Assembly (NCBI GenBank): GCA_023334545.1
Contig: JAADVB010000084.1
Span: 3,358-67,357 of the forward strand
Length of the DNA: 64,000 nucleotides
Direction of reading: 5' to 3'
DNA from: Salisapilia sapeloensis CBS 127946
Taxonomy: Eukaryota; Protista; Oomycota
Shown: positions 22,467 to 31,897 of the stretch, one piece after another
Position numbering within the stretch: the first letter of the stretch is position 1
Layout: each line of letters begins with the position of its first letter
Notes under the pieces: model-generated
The model's database searches: none
What the model was told of the DNA's origin: nothing
What the model saw: only the letters and a program-made list of their open reading frames with translations
Program-made: the position numbers and the translations under genes

Positions 22467-23180
22467 ATGGCCATGACGCTGCGTCGAGCTCTGTCCAAGG
22501 CTTCGAGACACCTAGTGCAGCCTTCTGCTACGCCGCTTCGGTGGAATGCACCTGCCAAGGCCTTGGCTGTATCCACGCGCCATATTTCGTACTCATCGAA
22601 GCGTATGGCCAAGATGGTAGACGATGGAGAGGATGAAAAGGAGGTGGAGGAAGAGATTGTGGATGAAGAAGAGCTCTACGATCCGTACAAACAGTTTGAG
22701 CAGGAAAACGATGGCGCTCGGGGCTACCGAGAGTTTAACTCGGACAATGTCGTGATGGACGAAGTAGACTTTTTGTGGGAGGAGCCGGAGAACATGATGG
22801 CGGACAAGTCGTGGCCGGCGACGTCTGGTACAGAGATGTTCCAGGATCTTATCAATGTAAACGGTGATGATGAAGAGCTCAGTGCGGACAAGATCGAGTT
22901 GGTCAAGCAAGAGGTCTTCCGTCGAATCGGCCACCCGCAGTCGATCGCCGATATCCAATTGCCAGAGATGAGTGTGGACATCCCAGAGGAAGACCCAGAC
23001 AAGGAAGCCATGGAGATCATGAAGCTTTCGCTCATGAACAACGGTCGGATTAACATGGACGACAAGGACGAGATCATGCAATCGCTTTTGAACGAGATGC
23101 AGCACTTGCGAGCGGACAAGACAGTGCTGTTCAAGGGCATGGAAGAGATGAAAAAGTCTTTAAAGGAAGAAGAGAACTAA
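22467..23180 (+). CDS. Uncharacterised acidic protein with mitochondrial presequence
   Basis: Arg/Ser/Ala-rich, acid-free N-term (MAMTLRRALSKASRHL..) followed by D/E-rich body; single exon within ORF 22428..23180. Confidence 0.65.
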   Translation: MAMTLRRALSKASRHLVQPSATPLRWNAPAKALAVSTRHISYSSKRMAKMVDDGEDEKEVEEEIVDEEELYDPYKQFEQENDGARGYREFNSDNVVMDEVDFLWEEPENMMADKSWPATSGTEMFQDLINVNGDDEELSADKIELVKQEVFRRIGHPQSIADIQLPEMSVDIPEEDPDKEAMEIMKLSLMNNGRINMDDKDEIMQSLLNEMQHLRADKTVLFKGMEEMKKSLKEEEN

Positions 23181-23464
23181 GTCGCTTCATGCCAATAGAT
23201 ACTGCAGTCGCTTTCTACCTTGTCGAGTACTCGGTCGTTCGATTCCTACGCGTCTCAGAAAATAGACGTCCAAATATACATACCTCAAGACATTTTGTCC
23301 CATATAAAACCAGACAAAGCATAAGAATAGCGACGTCGAGAGCTACTTGGAGGCACCGCCATCGCTCTCGTGAAGCCCACGTAGCACTAGTTTCGACACG
23401 ACCGACCTTTACATACAACTCCTATCTACCTCTAGATACTAGATAACCTCGAAATAGCCGTACC

Positions 23465-25050
23465 ATGGAAGCAAATAGCAGCACAAGTCGGCAGATGGAG
23501 ATCTGGTCGAATCGCGTTCGGTCTGAACTGGACAAGTGCAGACGTCCAGCAAACCTTCCAAGCGGCATAAAGCTCCAAGGATCCCACTTGGATGTAGAAG
23601 CAGGAGCTTGTCTTTTGAAATTCCGATGCTTTATCCCGTTCCAACCAGGTTCCGAATTGCTCACGATCATCCCACTCACGGAACTGGAGCTTTCCATGCC
23701 GTTTGTGCCTGAAGTAGCTAAACGCGGACGAGCACAGTTTCCTTATAAACCACCTCGAGTCAGTATTCGATACGGCAGCCTCCATCTCCCGAGAGATATC
23801 GTCCATAAACGTAGCATATCGCTTGGATCGAACGGAACTGCATTGGATAATACAGTCTCTTCACCTCCTTCTAAACGCAAATGCGTCGATACGCACCAAG
23901 ATTCCGACGGTTCTATCGTAAAAAACAGGTACGAGCTGACACTACCTATGCTCGAGCACTGGAGTCCTTCCAACACGCTCCTCATGGTACTCCAAGAGCT
24001 CGTTCGTGTCGTCCAACAAGTACATTAATCTTGTATCCACCACTCGATCTATCCTCTCCTAACTCTTATATAATCAGCATGATCCACAACCGATCGCTCC
24101 GTCTGAAAACACGACGCCAGACTCGAACGCCAATCGATCTGCATCTAGCTCCAAGAGCAGCAAGTCTCGTATCGCTCGACGTAACATCCATGGCAATATC
24201 TATCGCTGCCATGAAGTCGATACGCAATCCAGTACACTTCGTCCATCCCCTCTGCTCCTCCAAGCTGGCAACATCGTCTTTCTAGATGCAAACAGTCTTG
24301 ATAAACGCACAAAGCGTCCGAACGAGAGCGATCGAGACGACTACGTCTACGTCCATGAGCTCCTTCACTTGCGAGAGCTAGAACGCATCGCTCCACAAGA
24401 TCGTAAATCCATCACACTCTTCTTTAAGTCTCGATCTCGACCATGTCGTACGCTCATCACGACCGAGACGGACGGCATCGTGTCTGAGATTCGACACATG
24501 ATCAGCTCGACAGGTACTAGAGCACCTAGTGGGAGTCATTCGGATGCGCAGGCAGGTACGAGCTTAGCGCAGCTACTGCCGTTCTTGAACGAAGATCCGG
24601 CAGATAAAGTCAAAGAAGTGTCGAATAAAGTCATGGGCAAGATCGGCAAGTGGTCCCAGTCGTTTTCGAGACTCTTTAGTGGGGAAGAAGAAAAGGAGAG
24701 TGGGAATCAACGAAATGCAGCAGCAATGGCGCTTGGAGAGATTGATTCGCTCAAGATCAACTTTTTACGTGCACCATCCAAGCAAAAGGTAGGTCTTGAT
24801 CTAGAGATAGCTTCTAGAAGAGTGTTGACGGAAATACTTGTTGGATGGCATGTAGATGACGGAGATTATTCGACGCTACCAAGCGCTTGCAGAAGAGTAT
24901 GTGCATAAGCAGTCGAATAAAGATGGTGTGGTCGAACGAGCGATTGAAGAGCTGCAGATCTTTATTGAACACCCAGCGACGCAAAAGGTTTTGAAGGAGA
25001 GCGCGGAGTATGAAGAAGCGAATCGTGGTATTCGCGTCGGACCGGCGTGA
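23465..25050 (+). CDS. UEV/UBC-like fold protein fused to PH-like and helical C-terminal regions (3 exons)
   Basis: FPYKPPRV..LPMLEHWSPSNTLLMVLQEL (UBC-like); introns 24020-24078 and 24789-24855 join ORFs 23465, 24369 and 24856 in frame. Confidence 0.6.
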
Positions 25051-26220
25051 GCATGGAAGGTGTTGGTCAGTCAAAGGCTATCCGACGACGATGTAAATAC
25101 AGAGTGAAACTCTTATCCACGTTGCTTTACCGAACGTTTTGTACATTTGTGCTGAGTTTTTAATCGTTCGTGCACTTCTGCTACAAAGTTGGACTGCACT
25201 CTCGTAGCATTGTAGCGATTATTTCTTTGCATACAGTCGTCGGTTGCTTACTTTCAGTAAGGCTTCTCTCTAAAGAGCTAAAGCCTCATCTCCACCTTCA
25301 CGGGACACAACACGAAATTGACAAAGGCTGTGTTTGTTGAGTAGATAATCGAGTGCTAAGCAAGGAGTTATAGGCATTGTGTGAGCAGACATACAAACAC
25401 TGTAATAGGAAGCAATGCCCAAGTCTTTAGTGGGGTATAGTGTCGGGTATATCATGGTTGATCGCCAAAAGCCCTTCAGGTTGAAGTGTCATTCGATTTA
25501 CTTGCGCCATTGAGCTATTCGCTGCTTTACTGGGACGACTACAGTGCGAATCGCAAATATCGCTTACTTATTCCGTCCACCACTGTACATTCCCTGTTCC
25601 GAAATAATAGCGAAGAGCTAACTAGCGCAAGTAAAGCGAAGAGCTCACCAAGTCTTTCGCGCGCTTTTTCAAATGTGCACATTTCGAGCACCAGACATGA
25701 CCTAGAGTCTTCTCCAAGATCGTTTCCTCCTGATTGCATCCAAGACGAAGACAGAGATGGACCAAGAGTATAGAGTGGTATCTATATTGGCCCCTCCATC
25801 ACTTGCTTTTGTACTCCTAGTCTGATGGAATAGTTATATCGAAGTGTTACGCTAGATTTCCAATGGCAAATGGCAAAACAAACTCGGCTATTCTCAACGA
25901 CCGCAGAGTTTATCGATTCTATTACCATGAATAGAACTACAAAGTACAATCCTCAATTATGCCGAATACCGATTCAGTGCAAACACGGCCTAAGCCTTTC
26001 TGAATCTACACCACCCTGTTTAGACGTTTCCTATATAATTTTGCCGTGCATAGATCCCATAATATCCTTCTTGTTCCGACATGTCCGATAGCGATAAAGT
26101 TACTAGGACGAACAAGATACTGTTCTGCCATTACATTCTAACGACTACCTGAACAAGAGATTTACGCAAAGCAAGACAGGAAATCATGATAAGCATGCAT
26201 TATCATCCCTATAGACGATT

Positions 26221-27975
26221 TCAACCTAAAAGCGCTCCTTCTCCTTCCGTCAATTCCGGCATCGTCGACAAGTACTTGACCATTTGCTTAATAACCTTCT
26301 TATCCAGCTTTTTCCTCCGAGCGTGCATCGTCTGCAGTCGCTTGTACGCCGCAACGATTTGAGGATGTAGCTTCCTCTCCTTCTTATTTGCTCGACGGCA
26401 GCAATCGTTCGCGGTCCAGAGATCCTCTTGCGCCGGCTTTAGGTAGTGAAGCGTCATGTACGCCACGCCACGAGCATACAGAGCCGGGATATATCGCTCT
26501 CTCTGCTGCAAGACACGCGTGAACCACTGCACGGCGTCTTCATGGTCATACAGCTGAGCAGCAGCTTTCCCGAGGTTCATCATGCAGTCGACTCGGAGCG
26601 AGACGAAGGACTCTATAAGCTTCGTATCCATACGTAGACGAATATCTTTCACCGACACGATCGCTTCGTCTCCATCGTCATCGTAGATCACTTCCACGAC
26701 ACCCTCCGACGCCAGGTCGTCTGCATCCGACACCATCGCGTCTCTCCATGAACCTTCCGTCGATGACGTAGACACCTGCACGGAGCTTCCGACATTACAT
26801 TTCTTCATCAGCTCTTCCACCTCCGTCGTAGATGCTCGACCAGTCTGCTCTGCCTCCACTTGATCCAGGATCGTCAGAGCGAAATGGTAAAAGCTCTGGG
26901 CAGTCGGGGCATTGCCTCGACGGAAGAACCAGTTACCACGTAGCTTGCTCTTATCAGCGACCTTGAGTGCCCTCGGAGGTTCCACGTTAGAGTGGAAACC
27001 TACAGGAAGACCTGTCAAACTGCCGACAGTCTCTTCCAAAGCATCGATCTTGGGAAGAAGAAGACGTAAGGTCTGACCTAAAGCAACTACCTCTTCATCC
27101 ATTATATCTCGACTCGTAGACTGATTTGACAGCGAAAAGATCTTTTGCAAGGCGCCGCGGAGATCCATGACTTGTACGAGGGACGGATGGAGACTGTCGA
27201 TTTCAGTCATCATCTGGAGTAGACGCACGCCTTCTTGGAAGACGATGGAAACACTTGAGAGGACAAACGTCACGACCTTCTCGCACACAGCTCCAAGTGC
27301 TGATTCAGTCTTCATATTCGTAGTACTACAAGAGTGGGGAGCCAATAGGGATACATGATCATCGGATGTGAATCGAATCGGTTCGTTCCGAGTGTCCGAT
27401 GGGTAGCAAGTGTACTCTGCGACAATGGACATGACGTCTACGATATGCTGCAGAGTCGATCGAGATGAAGTGGGTGCTGGAGATGCTGCCGTCGGGAGTG
27501 TCGTCTGCACGGCACGTCGGAGGAAACCAGAGCGCACAACCTCTTTCGCTTGCTGCTTGCTCTTGATCCCATTCGCAAGTGCTTGTAGCAGAACTGGTCG
27601 ATCGTCCTCTTGACTAGCAACAGAATAGAATTGCTTTACGAGCTCCATCCACTGCACATTCGCCTTCGAGTCCGACGTCAGCCATCCGTCACATGCCGCC
27701 AAGCACACGACCATGGCATGCACCACTTGCGACGGACAGAACCTATCGTCCACCATCGCTTCCATCAACCTACGCTCTTCCTCCATAGCACCATGCACCT
27801 CTAAAACAGCTCGCACCGTCCTCCATCTCTCTACTTTGGCATTTGTACTATCATGCGACGCCGTACATGCCACTCGTAGCATTTCCAGCGCTCTTTCGTC
27901 CGTAGCCAACGCTACTTCCTCCTGCATCTTCTCATAGACCTCCATAGCCTTATGCTCATCAAACTCTTCCTCCAT
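26221..27975 (-). CDS. TPR protein with ARM-like N-terminus and a Tudor-like insert
   Basis: KLRGNWFFRRGN..AQSFYHFAL (TPR1), VGSSVQV..WRDAMV..VEVIYDD (Tudor-like), CMMNLGKAAAQL and ALYARGVAYMTL (TPR2/3). Confidence 0.65.
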   Translation of the reverse strand: MEEEFDEHKAMEVYEKMQEEVALATDERALEMLRVACTASHDSTNAKVERWRTVRAVLEVHGAMEEERRLMEAMVDDRFCPSQVVHAMVVCLAACDGWLTSDSKANVQWMELVKQFYSVASQEDDRPVLLQALANGIKSKQQAKEVVRSGFLRRAVQTTLPTAASPAPTSSRSTLQHIVDVMSIVAEYTCYPSDTRNEPIRFTSDDHVSLLAPHSCSTTNMKTESALGAVCEKVVTFVLSSVSIVFQEGVRLLQMMTEIDSLHPSLVQVMDLRGALQKIFSLSNQSTSRDIMDEEVVALGQTLRLLLPKIDALEETVGSLTGLPVGFHSNVEPPRALKVADKSKLRGNWFFRRGNAPTAQSFYHFALTILDQVEAEQTGRASTTEVEELMKKCNVGSSVQVSTSSTEGSWRDAMVSDADDLASEGVVEVIYDDDGDEAIVSVKDIRLRMDTKLIESFVSLRVDCMMNLGKAAAQLYDHEDAVQWFTRVLQQRERYIPALYARGVAYMTLHYLKPAQEDLWTANDCCRRANKKERKLHPQIVAAYKRLQTMHARRKKLDKKVIKQMVKYLSTMPELTEGEGALLG

Positions 27976-28071
27976 GATGAGAATCTACTTGTCTACTTAG
28001 AGATACAAATGGAACCAATCTTGAAACGAAACTAGCCAAGCGATCGTGTTTCATGCCTACTTATCTCCTAG

Positions 28072-29389
28072 CTAGAAGAACATGTGATCCGAACCAAACG
28101 GTCGATCCATATCTCCTCCACGACGTCCACGACCAGGCATACGCAGTGGATTATCCTCCTGGTCATCCATCGGCATACGCAAGTGGTCTGGATTTGGCTC
28201 TCCAAACGGAGCGTTTGGACCTGGCATGCCGCCACGTCCAGGCGGAGGACGGAAGCGACCAGGAGCGCTTGGATCGATCAATGGGTCTCGAGGAGGTCCG
28301 TACGGATCGAACCGAGCGCCTGGCACGGGACCACGAGACGGATCGCCGCCTCGACCGAACATAGGGTGATCCGGACCGACGAGCATACTCGGGTCTTCCC
28401 GTCCGTTCAACGGAGCTGGGACCGTATCTCCACGTCCGACCTAGGTCTAGTCAATCATTCATGCAGCTCAAAATATACCAAGTGGATCTACCGGAGGGAT
28501 CTGAACGGCAGGGATGTCCGTGTCGGAAAATGTCGGCGTGAGAGTGGACGACGCACCGACGGTGGCGCCAGTGGAGGCGGCTGCAGTCATCCGGGGCACG
28601 ACCTTGTCCATAAAAGGCTGGAGCGTCGACCGGAGCGACGGAAGAGCACGCAGTGTCTCTGCTGCCGACACTCTTCCATCGCCTGACGTTTTACCAATGT
28701 ACTTGTCGACACTAGAAGACGTGAGGAGTCCATAGGCATGAGAGACGGAAGGTAGACGTACCTGAGCTCAATCGAGTACGTATGATCCTTGTCATCAGAC
28801 AAGTAGACTTCGAATTTATTCCCGACGAAGAGACCCTAGGTAGCACAGTTGAGACTATCACCTACGACCAAGAAAGAAGAGGATAGACCTGTAGCTCATA
28901 CGTGATACGGACGTCGTTCGGATGGCTGTACTTGGTTCCAAAAAGACCATTGTCGCTACCATTCTCCCAGTTCTCTGGCAGTAAAAGGTCGTTTAATGCT
29001 GCACCTGCATTCGTAAGTGTCTTGAAACCTACACAGGACGATCGTAAGGCCCATAGCTTCTGTCATACACGTCGATAGACGCACCAGCTTCCTGCGCGAG
29101 TGCATGCGCCACTAAGAAGAGAGCATTACGTGCCTTGGACACAGTTGCACTCTTGTCTTTTAAATACTTGTACGTCGGATCAGCCTTATCGTCGTCCGTC
29201 TGCCCACTCTCGTCCGACGCACCCTCCACCGACTCGTCATAACGCTCCATCGCACGGAGCATATACGCCTTTACAACACACAAGCTTTAACACGCATCAT
29301 TGCACACATCCAACAAACAAAGGGACCTTGAAATCATCGTTCGAGATGGCCTCTAGAGCCGCTCGTAGCCGCTGCTTGTCGCTCTCCAT
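28072..29389 (-). CDS. PSMF1: Proteasome inhibitor PI31 (PSMF1), multi-exon
   Basis: FP-domain-like ALFLVAHAL; Pro-rich C-term GPDHPMFG..PVPGARFDPYGPP; ends DHMFF (HbYX-like). Confidence 0.8.
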
Positions 29390-29500
29390 ACCTACGCTTC
29401 TTCCGTCTGATTCTTGAAGTTCGTCTCGTTTTAATACCTACATTCCATATTACCACCAACACCATTAACGCGGGAACTTCCGGCTGGACGTCTACTAGGC

Positions 29501-29821
29501 ATGAGCCACGACGAGAGGCTACGAAAGGACATGTACGTCCAATATGAAACTAGTACGAAATGGGCCAGTCTCTACGGCCAAAAGGAGGTAGCACTCGTGC
29601 GAGACTTTGGTCCGGCCGTGCCACCGCCGCCAGAAGGCTATCGCTACCTCCGTCGCGGCCAAGACACGCCAGTTGACACCGATCGCGTGTCGCTCGATAC
29701 ATTGTCATGGAATGATCAAATGCTGGAAGAACGACTATTATCACTACACAAGTGGCAGCGTCGACCGCCGCCATCGACACAACGACAGGTAGATAAAGTG
29801 AACGCTATGATGCCCAAGTAG
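29501..29821 (+). CDS. Small uncharacterised protein (106 aa)
   Basis: ATG-initiated ORF filling the gap between PI31 and IBA57; no family recognised with confidence. Confidence 0.5.
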   Translation: MSHDERLRKDMYVQYETSTKWASLYGQKEVALVRDFGPAVPPPPEGYRYLRRGQDTPVDTDRVSLDTLSWNDQMLEERLLSLHKWQRRPPPSTQRQVDKVNAMMPK

Positions 29822-29851
29822 CCAAAATCCATCCTCTTGTACCCTCCTTCT

Positions 29852-31066
29852 CTACAAAAGCATCTTGCCAGTCTCTACATCTAATGGCGGCCACCACGCT
29901 GGCTCATACGGAATCGCATGGAAACCTCCATCCGCCGTCTGGAAGCGCATCGGTCGAGACTCGTCCTCTGTCGGCAATAGGTGCTGCAGACGGACCATGG
30001 CTAAGGCAGCGTGGATGCCGTCGCCACTCGTGCGGACGGTACCCACAGCCTTGGTCGAGTCTGGCTTGACGATCTTCACGCCATCGCCAAGTGCAGACGT
30101 CAGGTTGGCTGCTGCTGTATTCGCTAAAAAGTCTCGTAGAGGAGCGTGGGAAGCGTCGTCGATGCGTCCGAACGGTATGTCCTGCAGCGCATCCACGAGG
30201 TCTGTCTCGGAAGAAGGCACCATGGCTACTGGAAGCAACCTCTTGCGCACATTGCCCTTGAACTGCGTCCGAGCCGTCAGCTCCTGTCCGACGTAGCAGC
30301 CCTTACGGAACGAGACGCCACCTAGGAGCTCTAGATTCACTTCCAACGGAATGTTGTCGACCAGTTCATGCCTGTAGATACCTTTAGTACTCTCCATCTA
30401 CTCTTTATAATTCCAAGGTAGACGTACCCTTCACCAGCACCTAAAAAGACACGGCGGTCTGTATAAGCCTGCAAGTCCATGTCGTCATATCCCTCTGGCT
30501 TTTGCACTACTTTCTACCTTAGTACACTTGTATCTCCATGATGAAAAGGATTCTCTACCTTGCATGCCACTCGGCACGATGGCTCGGACGCCAAATGTAT
30601 CGCCACGAGGATCCATGTAGGCGATGCCACTACCCGACCCATCCAGCGAGTTCAGCTCTTTCACAGACTGCAAGAGCGCAGACGGATTGTCAAGAACATT
30701 CGCGTCCGTGTCGGACGGCAGTGTCGCCGGGAAGGCTGCGACGGACTTGAGCTCGTCGCTCTTGTCCTCGAGCGTCACTTTCATCCGGATCTTGTACCTC
30801 TTCCAATGCTTGAGCATCTGCTCGTTGATAGCGTCGTCGTACTCGAGCAAAAAGGTATCGTCCGTGGTCTGGATGACATGACAGTCGCCAAGAACACGTC
30901 CTTTGGGCGCCAAGAACGCGCCATACAGCGCATCTCCTGGACCCTCCATACGCTTCATATCGTTCGTAAGGATTGCCTGGATGTACTTGCTAGCATCTCG
31001 GCCGTACACCTGCAGCACACGCCGATTCCCTAGCTCCGCGAGCCCACTCTTGGCGAGAATCGACAT
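29852..31066 (-). CDS. IBA57: IBA57/Caf17/YgfZ folate-binding Fe-S assembly factor (3 exons)
   Basis: Signature [16 protein letters not shown]; N-term [22 protein letters not shown] and [11 protein letters not shown]. Confidence 0.9.
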
Positions 31067-31120
31067 GACCTTCTTCTTTTTTGACTTGATTAAAGTATAG
31101 TGCCAACTCTTATTTCCACC

Positions 31121-31888
31121 ATGACGGAGCGAGGCTTTGGGATTAAGTCGGATGCGACCAAGACCCAGTGGGAGCAAGAGGACTTCCCGCAGCTATGTGA
31201 ATCATGTCTAGGAGAAAACCCGTACGTCCGAATGATGAAAGAATCCTTCGGGTCCGCATGCAAGATCTGTAGCCGTCCGTTCACGGTCTTCCGGTGGAAG
31301 CCTGGCAGCCAAGCACGGTACAAGCGGACGGAGGTCTGTCAAACCTGCGCTCGCATGAAGAATGTATGCCAGACGTGCGTACTCGATCTGCAGTATAACC
31401 TGCCGGTACAAGTGCGTGATCAGTTCCTGGCACAGGACAGCCAGGCCGTCGTGAACGTCCCGGAGAGCGACGCGAATCGCGAGTGGTTCGCGCAGCAGCA
31501 CAATCGGATGCTCGAACAGGAAGGCGCCGTGTCTGCCTATGGCAAGTCGGCGCCTCCGAACCGCAAGATGCTCCAGCTAGCACGCAAAGAGCCCTACTAC
31601 AAGCGTAATCGGCCGCACTTGTGCTCGTTCTTCGCGCGAGGCGAGTGCAATCGCGGGGAAGAGTGTCCGTACCTGCACGAGATGCCGCGCGACAAGGACG
31701 ATCCGCTCGCGAAACAGAACATCAAGGACCGGTACTACGGCCGGAACGACCCGGTCGCGAACAAGATGATGAACAAGAAGAAGAAGAGTGCGAAGCCACC
31801 GCCGCCGCCACTGGCGCCAGGCGAGAAACCTCCACTTCCGCCTGGTCCGCCACCAAAGGATGCACAAGACAACGTAGAAACCGAATAA
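31121..31888 (+). CDS. RBM22: Pre-mRNA splicing factor RBM22/Slt11-like, lacking the C-terminal RRM
   Basis: WEQEDFPQLCESCLGENPYVRM, CKICSRPFTVFRW, CARMKNVCQTCVLDL, CCCH CSFFARGECNRGEECPYLH, NIKDRYYGRNDPVA, then Pro-rich tail and stop. Confidence 0.9.
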   Translation: MTERGFGIKSDATKTQWEQEDFPQLCESCLGENPYVRMMKESFGSACKICSRPFTVFRWKPGSQARYKRTEVCQTCARMKNVCQTCVLDLQYNLPVQVRDQFLAQDSQAVVNVPESDANREWFAQQHNRMLEQEGAVSAYGKSAPPNRKMLQLARKEPYYKRNRPHLCSFFARGECNRGEECPYLHEMPRDKDDPLAKQNIKDRYYGRNDPVANKMMNKKKKSAKPPPPPLAPGEKPPLPPGPPPKDAQDNVETE

Positions 31889-31897
31889 ACCATCTTG

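Noticed and set aside
23200-23250. GTTCGATTCC resembling a tRNA T-loop/B-box
   Set aside because: No A-box, acceptor stem or cloverleaf upstream; a similar match at ~39157 lies inside the VPS52 CDS.
25051-26220. 1.2-kb intergenic gap as a possible transposon relic or hidden gene
   Set aside because: Only short ORFs without recognisable motifs, terminal repeats or consistent splice signals.
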